A stretch of 64,000 nt of DNA from Haplodiscus bocki (Eukaryota): the NCBI GenBank assembly GCA_965655095.1, contig OZ296655.1:27404001-27468000 (forward strand), given 5' to 3'. Position numbers and translations under genes: made by a program. Numbering within the stretch: position 1 is the first letter of the stretch; each line of letters opens with the position of its first letter. Positions 13,872 to 24,464 of the stretch are shown one piece after another. The notes beneath the pieces are model-generated. The model was not told the origin of the DNA. It did not search any database and saw nothing but the letters and a program-made list of their open reading frames with translations.

Positions 13872-14415
13872 TGTTCACGATAAAATGAAATCGGAAGTTT
13901 AAAAAAAGAAGTTTTCAGGAACCTCATACATTCAACTTTGTTTTTATCAAACCTCTTTTTGGGAAGCTTTATCTGAAAAAGTCATTTCTACAAGAAAAGA
14001 TATACCTGCAAATGATTGTAAACAGCTGGAATTAGAAGGTCATCTACGGGTCTGGGGACAGATTCAAGGGCGCAGAGGGTTAGTGTTTCAAATTTATCAA
14101 TTTTATAATTCTAAGTTCAGTATTTCATCGTGAAAGTAATTAAATTTGAGCTGTGACAATTCAGTTCATGATGGATTTTTAGTTACTGAGGAAACCTTTG
14201 TTTCTTTGGTGCATGTTGTCAAAATTGAAGGATTGAAGGTTAGAGTTGATGGTACTATCGGTTGACCGGGCAGGTACTTTGTTTCAGTTCGTTTCATCTT
14301 GGTTGCTTGAAGTAAGAAGTTGCGTTGTTGGCTGCTGTTAAGAATGCTGTTTCTTTAGAGGCCATCAGGTTTGCAAAACATCTTGGTAAATGAACAGCTT
14401 CATTGATCGTTAACA
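13872..14415 (-). repeat. Copia 5' LTR
   Basis: 544 bp with TGTT...AACA termini; homologous to 10257-10792. Confidence 0.92.
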
Positions 14416-17249
14416 AAGACCACAAAGAAGTAGTTTTTCACAAAAACTTCACTATATGGCAAACGGCCTATTTCAACATGTCAGAGTCTTTTGGAGTTGA
14501 TTTCATCCTGAGCGATGAGTCGAGATTGAAATATCACCTAGATTTTGTCTTTGTTGAGGTGCGGTTTGCCTTCTAGACGTTTTCAATGAAAAAAACTCAC
14601 AAAAAAATGTTTTGTTTTGGGAAAACTTTTGCTCTGCCTCAATTGTATTCTACCGCAGTACAGTTTCGGATACCTTATTTTTATTTTTTTTGAAAAAAAA
14701 AACAATTTGTTTCTGATTTCTGTGGGGTATCATTGATGATCGGAAAGTATTCAATAGCTTTTTTTTTAAAAAAAAAGTGAATTAAACTTGTATTTCGAAA
14801 AGAGTTTTCAAATTCAAAATAAATTATCTGAATTTCCGAGAGTCTCGTCGATAGAGTTTTTCTTGAAATACTAAATGAGAGTAAAATTGAGTCTATGTTG
14901 AGTTGCGGTATACGCTTCCCGGGGGCTCTTTAGAGAAAATTTTACTTTTCTTTCCAAAACTCGTTTCATTTTTGCTGTTTTGATAATCGTAGATTACCTT
15001 ACTTTTGTTTCTTACAAACTTGATTTCTGATTGAACGACATGAGGAGATTGTTGTTTTTTTAATGGTATACTTTTGCTGATCAGAGAGTTCACAGTTGAT
15101 TTTCTGCTTGGGAAAATTTAGAAAAAAGGTCTATCTTTCTCAAAGAGGAGCATTTCGACCTGTAACAGCGCGTTGGAGACCAATCTTTTCCGATTAACTC
15201 AAACAGAACGACTTCGTCCCCATTGAATATTTTTACAGAAGTCGTCGTTTTCACTGAATGTTTTCAAGAGAAAAATCTGAATACGACGCGGTTTCTCGAA
15301 CTTTACTTCGTTTTCGATGTCTTCAAGGCTGCATATTGTCCCACTTTGGTTGCTAAACCAGTCACTTTTTCAGTTTTTGTCAGTGTAATGGACAAGATAG
15401 ATTGCAATTTTTCTAAGCAGCCGTTCATGATTAGAGAACTCTTGATGTTTTTCTTCTTGGAACTAAAAACAAGAATAAAATCATACTTGACAAATATTTT
15501 ACTCTTTAGGCAACCATACATCGTATCATCTCAGCTTCGATTTTACCTCGTTAGTACCTCAACATTGCAAGTGGTGCAAGTCTAGCCATTTTTGAGGACT
15601 CTTTGCGGCAGCATTGGTTGTATTCGGAGGTTCTCAAGTGAAAAAATTCACAAAATATTGATTTTCCCGAGAAGTGTTTCAGTTTTCGTTTTTCACAAAC
15701 CGCAAATGATTCCTCCTTGGCTCACATAAAAGTTGAATTGTGTGTGAAGAGTATGGTTGACGTTTGAAGTATCAATGACGACGGAAACGTTTTGAAGCTT
15801 TTTTGGAGAAGTTTAAATTTATGGCAAATTTCAACATTGATGCGGGTTTTTTCAAACGGTGTAACTTTAGAAGAACATCCAGTCGACCTCTACTCTATGT
15901 GAGCATTGAAACTCAATTGGCCAACTACTGCGGGTATGTGAGTGGTGTTGGTAATTTTAAACCATCCATGACAAAAAAGCTTCAGCTAATGTTCCCTTGT
16001 GCACCATTTAGTTAAAATGTCTCAATACCGCAGCGCAAATCAAATGACAATGGGTCTGGTTTCACCCAAAACGTCCTTGCAACCTCAAATTTTCAATTTT
16101 AAAATTTGAACCAAGTGCAACGTGCATCAACACACTGAAAGTTGAAGCAGTTGTTCACAAATTCCGCCGCGGTTTCCAGTTTCCCATTTCAAAAATGTGT
16201 CTAAGCTGAAATTTCCGAGCTAAAAATTTGGCTGATTGTATAAAGGAAGCCCATTACGTAATGTGTTCAGTCAGCCGAAACCTATTTTGCCGGCCCGGAC
16301 GGCTCAAGATTTTTCCCCGTTGTCAACTGCTCCAAATATTCCAAACCAGGTGTATTTTCTGATAGTTTTTTTCGTGTTTAACAGCTTCAGAAACTTACCA
16401 AAAATTACCCTTCATATTGATGTTCTGTTATATCGGGCCGCCGATGGTATGTTATCTAGCAGATGTTTCGTTATTCTTCAAGCCAGTTGGACATCTTAGC
16501 TACTAAGAAAGGAGTAAAAAATTTGTTAGTTTTAGCCCGTTCTATTTTTGTCTTTTTCGAAAATTTGGTTTGTTTTGCTTTCGCAATAATTTGAAGACCC
16601 ATTGAAATTGAAACTGATTCGAGCCTCATACTTTAATATTTCTCAATAATATTATTGGGAATAATAATAATCTCAATAATATTATTATCTATATAAGATG
16701 CGACTTTGTTTCGCTCCACATCTCTCTTTCAGAGTTTCGTTACTTCATAAAGACAGTTTGAGTTCATGTGAAATCAATCACAGTGAAGAATTTTTTGAAG
16801 TTTGTTTTTATTTTTTTTTCGCATTTGCTAAAGTTTTCCTTAATTTACAGTGTTTTTAATGCACATAAGGAAACAATCGTTGAAGTTAAATTGACTCTGG
16901 AAATTCCGCGTTATTTGGAATGATATTCGGCCCATCTGCAACAATTTTGCGTTAGTTTACTTGTAACTATCATCAATCTTACACACTCACTTCACGCAAT
17001 TTGCGAAGTTCTGTAGTGGTGAATTTATAAAGTATCGAAAAAACCCCAAAAAGAGTACTTTGAAAAGTATTAGATATTATGCTCAAATTTACTTGAATGC
17101 GTTTCTTTCTCAAAGATTTAAAGATTTTTTACTAGGTAACAGCAAATCAGAGTCCTATTTGCCAGATTCGGAGTACAGTGAAAGCAAAAGAGGGGATGCA
17201 GACATCGCCTCTCCGGGTAGTTTCAATGACTCTGCTTGTGATGGTCTCT

Positions 17250-20060
17250 TGGCGAATTTGGAACTTGACCCCTCAAAAAACAGAAAAATCGAAAACGGTG
17301 AACCGAATTGACTTTCAAGTACATCTTTTATGATATGTTTTCGTGTCTGGTCCTTTCGTGTTGAATCAGTAGAGATATAGTATTTTATAACCAATGTTCC
17401 ACTCCTGTGAACATGCTTCGATTTTCCATGTCAACTAGTAAACTACTAGCAGCTTTCAATCGAATTCTGTAAACTTGTCTGAGTATGCAGATACCTTTAC
17501 CTCCGAACCGCGTGTAAGAAGATGCCTCATTTAAGTTACCAGCGGCGGTTGCATTTTTCCTAAAATTTAGGCTATGACAACGATTTTTCCACGGATTCTT
17601 CTGACTCCTTTCAATTATGAGTCAGACCCCTCAAGTACCTCACATGAAAACTTTAGTTGTGTGAGAAGTATCAAATCATCATCATTTTCCGCCATATTTC
17701 AATATTAGTGGAATGCACTCAGCGCGAGTGATTCACAAATTTTTTTAACGTTTACTTGCATGAGATTCTGATTTGGAAAAGTTTGCATTTTTTTGGACCA
17801 GTTTCTTGCAAATTTGCCGTAGAATGCGAATGAAATAGTATAGTTCGTTAAAAACTGTTTCTCCTAAATTTCATATTTCTGATCCATATCATATACCGAT
17901 CACTCCAGTGAACTGATCCAGACTAACACGAAACCGTTACAGAAGAAACGGATATTCAGAGAGCTCTCCATTCTAATAGGTCCCATAATTGTAACATCTT
18001 ATTGATTTTATTTGATATATATCCACCTTTCAAGAGCGATTAGGCCCATCTACTGTGCTGAAGTGCTATCAAATTGACGCGGTCAAATAATTAGAATAAT
18101 GCAACTGCAGTAAAGCGGGAAAGACTCGAAGAGTGAATATTTGTTCCATACTCGTTCCGTCGCTACAAGTATGGTGACGTCATTTCCACTCTAATAACTA
18201 TGCCGTGCTGCAGTGCTGTGGTAAATACGGGGTGACTCCGTTTTCGCTCCTTATTTGAACACAGCCTGCCTGATTTGAGTGCTACAACTGGTGGCTACGG
18301 AATTATCCGGAAACCACTAGTCGCTACTCGTCTAAACGAGGAGTAAACTAGTATTGCTACTAGTTTCTCCTCATTTCTGAAGACAAACACTACAGAATGA
18401 ATGAAAAATGAAATGTGCATGAAATACCAAGAAATTATTATATTGACTATCATTTTTAATTTTCCATACTTGGTACCCTATTTCTATATATCTTTTTTCC
18501 CAATTACGGCATTAGTTAATTTTTCCAATTATGGAGTATACATTATTCTGATTATAAACAAAATGTCGGCGTGGGTATGAGCACTTTGATGTCCATCTCT
18601 AACAGATTAGGTCCGTCCACTTCCTGTTTAAACATGGAAATGATGCGACCTATGAGGGAAGAGATGGACAAAAAAGGTGTTTAATTCCCGCCAGAGTCGG
18701 CATGTCCGCTTTGACTCAATTAATTCAAGTACTTTTCCCCATTTGTATCTCAACTTGGCGTGTAAACACTTATCGTTCCCGCCCATGAAAAGGTATATAC
18801 AGGAGAAATGAAAGTACGAAGGGACAAAATAAAACTACTGCTGATAATAACCAGTAACCGTATTCCCGAAAAACTTGACTATCCGATTTTCCCAACTGTT
18901 TTTAAAAAGTAGTAACTATTTCAGTCTTAAAACACTTCTGATCACTTTTTCCCGGAGAAAATGGCAACTGAGAAAAATTAGCGAAAACTTGGAGCCCCCA
19001 GCAAAGAAAATTGTCAGGAGCGTCCTAGGGGTAACTCGGCACAAATCTCAAATGTACCCAGATCACAAGAGGACTACATTACTAAGATCTTTGAGGAAAT
19101 TGAGGGGACACTGACAAAGTAGTTGTCTCAGGAGTTCAGTTTGACAGAGAGTCGCATCTTAGGCGTTCTATCACGGCTCGATGAATTTCTTCTGAGCCCG
19201 CTGATACCGGGCCACCCCGGAACCACTCCGTAAACGTCAAGGAACGCGCTTGGCACATACCAGGGAACGATTGATGAGGACTCCCATAGTGATCCTCAAG
19301 TGACCTTTTCTCAGAGTCAGAACACACCACGAAGTTCTGGTCCATATGACGATTGCGACAGCGGCCGGGTTTTTTGTTAAGTCTGGACTAAAAAAAGTAT
19401 CAAAATATAAATATTTACTTTTTCGAAGTATTTTGCATGGCTTAATCAAATTCCCGCAAGAACATTGAACTTTAGGATTCCGTTTTTTCAGCAACGCTAA
19501 TTAGGCAGTTGAAGCGTTGGAAAAATTCAGAGAAGGTAAGACCTTAACTGCCCGTAATCGAAAATGCGTCAAATTGTAAAACAACTTCACCTTTCCGAAT
19601 TTTTTTTCGGAATACAATTGGGCTGGCGGCGTCAATTTTTGTGGGTATGTTTTGTGGCCTTTGTTTTTGAAAAGACACGCGATGAAATCTTCCAAACAGC
19701 TGAGCACCACTTCCATACATGGAACCTGCCACGAAAATATTTCCAGGCTTCAGTAGTTCCTGTGCCAAATTCCCATGTTTTGTTTTTCACGAATGTTTTT
19801 TGGCATCCTGCATCCTATCATCTTCGTCATGAAAAAATGTGGAAGCTACCCTTTTGATCGGCGGAACTATAGTTACAATTAGTTTTAGTTTCGCTCCCGA
19901 AAACTGCTCAAATTTCATTATCCTTGTAGGTGTGTTTATGGTGTCGAAATAACTGGCTGACTTTTCCATTGTAATCTAAGAAAGCATAGAAAGAGGGACC
20001 ACTTACCGATATTTCTCAATAGTTGAATCTTCCGGGTTGTAACTATAGATCAGATGTTCT
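17250..20060 (-). pseudogene. Possible Mab21/cGAS-like nucleotidyltransferase pseudogene split by an LTR-like insertion
   Basis: ORFs 19787-19969 and 19544-19768 are in one frame and include IFVAGSMYGSGAQLFGRF...TKIDAASP...KGEVVLQF (hGS...xDx-like). Beyond the insertion lie DDDLILL...GKIVVIA and LRQVYRIRLKAA...HWL*NT. A GTAAGT...polyY-TAG intron-like segment sits at 19976-20006. Confidence 0.3.
18106..19360 (+). mobile_element. Solo-LTR-like unit A (probably Gypsy-type) containing an ORF N-terminus
   Basis: TG...CA ends and end-to-end homology to 26710-27996 (inverted). From 18961 it reads MATEKN*RKLG...QEDYITKIFEEIEGTLTK*LSQEFSLTESRILGVLSRLDEFLL. Flanks GCAAC/GCGGC match 3/5. Confidence 0.7.
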
Positions 20061-20523
20061 TATTGAGAAAACAAATCGCTCCTTGTCGAAAAATGTTGAA
20101 GAATCTGCAGAGTTGGTGCAATGTTTTGGTTATAAACATTTACTGACTTTCTACAACTGAAAAATTTGGGCGGAACTCAAAAGTACCAAATGAGAAATGT
20201 TGCAGTGGTTCGGTGGAAATACTAGGGGAAAGTTTGAAAAGGTACTCTTTCCCAAGTTAGGTTACCTACTTAAGTCCTAAGATAAGTCTAATTAAAAAAA
20301 TTTGCTGTTGTAGTCTTCCTACAGTGCAACAAAAGTCGCCTCAGGCATGAGTTCAAAAAAAGGTCTTTTAGTTTACTGCCTGGCAAATGGGGTGAAAAAA
20401 GTTGGAAATTGTAAAAAAACGAATTAGGAAATATAATGTTACCAACATTGAAGATGCGTTAAATAGTACAATCGCAAAGATAAATAAAAAAAGCGAAAGA
20501 GATGACAAATAATATTAAAACAG

Positions 20524-22467
20524 AAGCGTCATGATAAATGTTGTCACCGGGAATAATATACATAAGTTAACCTTCCAGGTTTTGTTGGTCCTAATCTCGT
20601 GTTCAGAATATGCTGTCAATTGAGGACAATTTTGGCCAAAGGCTCTTTTGGGTGAGCAAAATGCTACACTTGTTTATATCAGCAATCAAATAAAGCTGTC
20701 TGCTTTAATCTTGAACAACCAGCATGAAATCCGAGTTCCGCAACCGCTAAGACCAGTTCTATGCTTTTTTCATATTTGCACAAAACTGCTTGGACGGTGA
20801 TCACCCGCTTTTGGCTAAGGGATATCCCCAAAGAGAAAAGTCTCCATTCCATCCACGGAGAAGAACGGCAAGAGTGTCAAAACTTTAATCGGAGGAAAAG
20901 TAAAAGTTGAAGAAAAAAGTCTGAGTTAGGCTGAGTTAGGTTGCTAATTTTATGAAGAAAAATTTGACCTAATTGCTAAAATATTCAGTTTACATCAGAT
21001 CAAAAATTAAGGTTAAAGTTTAAAGAAAATATCACCGAGAGAAAAGTTTTATTCAAAAGAAAAAGTGCATACATTCTTAACTTACGGTTGCTACTCGATT
21101 ATACTTAACAGGGGTTCAATCAGTTTTTGTCGGAAAATTGCTGACGTGGAATTACGTGCCCCTTGATGTCTTTTGTGGGTTGATTTTGGACTCCGATATG
21201 TGAGCGAAAATCGCTCTGTCCATGCACTAAATTTCATCCATTCGTTAACCAGTCAAAATGGGAGTAGCACAGGATAGACCGCGAACATGGTTTCAGGTCA
21301 CGTGACGAGTCGCGTGACTTTGGAGTCGTCAGTATTCATAATGGTAATATACGGATGACGTCAGATGACGTTATTGACTCGTAAGGTAAAAATCACGCGA
21401 CCAGAAAATTGTTGCTAGAGTTGTCAAGTGGTTGTAAACAATGAACGTGTTCTAGCACGCGGAAATACAAGTGAAATGGCACAGCCAAATCTACAGAGAT
21501 AAAGCATTGTTATTTTGAGTTTACTAATTCTAGTTTTTTTTCTATTTTCTGCTGTATATCGAGCACGACACAAAAAATTGTAAGCAGTCTCTTTATTTTG
21601 TCAAGATCACCTCAGATTTATTTGATCCAAGTGTAAACAAGTTAGATTAGACGGTTGTGGCAAATTAAAAGCCTTACGATCGATGCTTCCAAGAAAATGC
21701 AAAAACTCTGAAGTAATATTATTGGAAGCAATGAAAGTGCAATGTATTTTATAAGTTTTTCGCCTAGCCTTAAAATTTATAAAATCAGCCGGAAAAACGT
21801 TTCAATTCACCAACCTCGACAATTGACGGACAAAGTCCCACGTGCCTATATGGCGTCCTGTCTGGTGTGTTGGTTGTTGAGGATTGAGCATATGACTTGT
21901 TTTGGAACGAGTTGACTAACACTTCGGTAACACGTTCAATAAGATTTTTACTATCTACATCAGTAGACTTGATCTGGAGAAACCGGATCGTCTTCAGATT
22001 TCGGCTCAAGACTTCAGACTTCGTGTTGTGATTCTTGGCAGAGGCCCTAGTTTTTTAGGCGAGTAATATTTTTTGAGCTATTTTAGATATGCATGAGCGT
22101 CCGCTTTTGAATACCTCAAAATCAGAGGAAGCGATTGAACAATTCTCAAAACCTGAATTGAGATGCTTTTATTTTTAAGGGATGTTTTTATTTGTAATGA
22201 GTTGAACAGAATAAAAAGGTTAGATTTTGACCGCACTATTCAAAGAAACATTCTTTGGTGTAAATATCATGCAGTATCTTGATAATGAAGGCGTACTGTT
22301 ATGTTGTGTAGCAAATCATCACGTGATAGCGATCGAAGTACGTGTCCCGTGACCCGCGGTCAAACACAATTCTTACAAACGCCCAGATCACATTGGGCCA
22401 CCCTGAGTTATATCAATTAGCAGGTGGTAGATCCAAAGCCCCTGTTCCCATAGTTGCGTTAGATTTG
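20524..22467 (+). repeat. ~1.95-kb direct duplication, copy 1
   Basis: Colinear with 24465-26415; roughly 96% identical by manual mismatch counting. Confidence 0.97.
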
Positions 22468-22468
22468 T

Positions 22469-22931
22469 CGGTGTCAGGACATTTCACCCCGGAGACATTT
22501 CACCCCATAGTTATTTCACCCCACGGATATATAACCCCATGGATATTTCACCCCGATTTGAAAATTAGCTTTAATTTTTGCTCATATTAATAAGCATGAT
22601 GAAAAATTCGGTAAGATCAATAGTGCCATAAATAAAAAGAGGTATAGATAGCAATAATTATGAGCCAAGGCCCTAAATTGAGGTGTTAATTGCAATATTC
22701 TCTTGCTAATTCAGTAAAACTAAGTGATAAATATAAGGTTCAGAACAAAGAATTAAAAACTGTTATTTAATTAGACATCCTTTTTAGCATTATCAGATGC
22801 TTTCAAAATGGATTGAAATGTCCTGGAAGTTAAATATCCTGGGTTAATGTATTGGGGTTAAATGTCCTGGGTGAATTGTATTGGGGTGAAATGTCCTGGG
22901 GGAAATGTAGGGGTAAAATGTCCTGAAACCG
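22469..22931. mobile_element. Foldback/MULE-like MITE with ~15-bp tandem subterminal repeats
   Basis: TIRs cggtgtcaggacatttcacccc and ggggtaaaatgtcctgaaaccg. Arrays of (gac)atttcacccc on the left are mirrored by ggggtgaaatgtcct on the right. Confidence 0.8.
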
Positions 22932-23051
22932 AAGTGTAGCAGGTTCAAACTGCAAACGGTTGAAATTACATCGGTGGAAATTGCATGATGTGAAATGGCA
23001 TAGACCGAGGCATGTTTGGCACTTAATATTTGGCAAGATTGTCAAAGATTA

Positions 23052-23565
23052 CTATTTTCCGCCCCTATGTAATATGGAAGGAAAATCCCCCTCTCAAAAC
23101 AGTGCGTTTTTTGAAGTTTACTTGCCAATTGAAAATGTCCGATGCTGAAAATATCCGATGTGCGACGGCTATGTCTATGAAAGTCTTTTTCATCACTAAA
23201 TTATACGAAATTTACCTGAGAATGCAACTGAAATAGTAAGATTTCTCAAAACGTACGAAATTTCGGACGTTTTTTCAAAAAAAGATGGGTTTTTTTTCGA
23301 AAAAATTTGAAGTTTTTCAAAATCGTTGAAAGTGGCAAATTTGCTGAAGGATGCGAATCAAATTGTATTATTTCCTTAAAAAAAGTCTTTTCCACTTTAT
23401 TTGTGAAGCTTTTTTCTGCAAAAAAATCAGAAAAGCTTTTTTTGGAAAAATTAGAAAATATATGAAGAAAATATTTTTGAAAAAAAAATGTTCATCTTTT
23501 TAAAGAGCATCTTTAACAGAACTGGAGGGCAGAAAAAATGCCGGTGGTAGCCGGCCGTCTTGCTG
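23052..23565 (+). mobile_element. Helentron-associated non-autonomous element (HINE-like)
   Basis: Subterminal inverted repeat ttttccgccc / gggcagaaaa. 3' hairpin GCCGG-tggtag-CCGGC followed by cgtcttgct. Further copies at 8098-8375 and ~17765-17880. Confidence 0.6.
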
Positions 23566-24219
23566 GTATTAACAAGGCATTCCACCTCATTGATAGCTTT
23601 CGCAAAGAATTATTGCTGCTAGCACCTGCTGCTATCTCTGCTCGTAGCAGTCGTATCTATCACACAGACTTAAAAAAACATTGATCAAATTGTTAGACAT
23701 AATTCGTCCAATTTCGAGGTGCCATTCCACGCCGAAACATTTCACCCCACGCCTTCTTTCTCCACCGACATTTCAGTAGAATTTGAAAACTAGAGTAAAG
23801 TGGCGCTTCTATCAGCATGCATGGTGAACACTTACAAAAGAACCATATTATAGCTGTCTGTTTAAAGCTAATTTTTTATTTTTTTTTGTTTTGGCTTCAG
23901 ATGTTCAAAAATGATGTGACTGCAGAAGCACAGCAGAGACAGAGGAACCGAAGGGAGGCGATTTTATGAAATGTTGTACTTCTTATTTCCACAAACAATC
24001 AAAGAGGAAATGCAACTTGGAAAAAAATTCCGACCAGTGCCCGACATGAAAAAGGGATGGAGTTTAAGGATGTAATGACACGTGGCTCCCACGATGACGT
24101 TACAGCCCTGCCAGTGCATTTAAAAACAATCCAAATATACTTGCTGATATTCACTCTTTGGCGTGTTCATTTTTCATGAATGGTGATGCGTCGCAAAAGT
24201 TTCGATGTCTTCCGCCGCT

Positions 24220-24400
24220 TCTACATGACAACATAGGTTGACAGCCATGGTCAAACATGACGATCATGCTATGTCATGGCAAGAACATGGTATTTGTTGC
24301 TCACCATGACATGATCAGATTTTTTTCATGACACGTTTGTCATGCTTCATAAGAAACATGAAAAAAATCATGGCATGTTGCTCATGTTTTCCAACCCGGG
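24220..24400. repeat. CATG-dense repeat ending CCCGGG (MITE-like end)
   Basis: More than ten CATG tetramers in ~180 bp; a similar CATG-rich patch lies at ~9990-10112. Confidence 0.45.
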
Positions 24401-24464
24401 AACTCTCTAGTTGAGTACTCAGCAACTGCATCGGTGACACATCAATATATCCGTTGTCAAACAA

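Larger units (their letters stand above)
10257..14415 (-). mobile_element. Ty1/Copia LTR retrotransposon, internally deleted and decayed
   Basis: Direct repeats at 10257-10792 and 13872-14415. PBS GGTTATGGGCCCAG adjoins the 5' LTR. Gag, protease, RT and RNase H relics lie between the LTRs. Flanks AAAAC/AAGAC are a 4/5 TSD match. Confidence 0.93.
9400..15600 (-). mobile_element. Very decayed LINE 5' half (PHD-type ORF1 + APE start) interrupted by the Copia element
   Basis: Weak motifs only: CTTC...IRCMV (PHD-like, ~15510-15580), a coiled-coil-like stretch, SFGK (RLGK-like, ~14955), a GGVLIAVK-like motif reconstituted across the Copia junction, and a GDxN-like motif near 9650. Confidence 0.3.
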
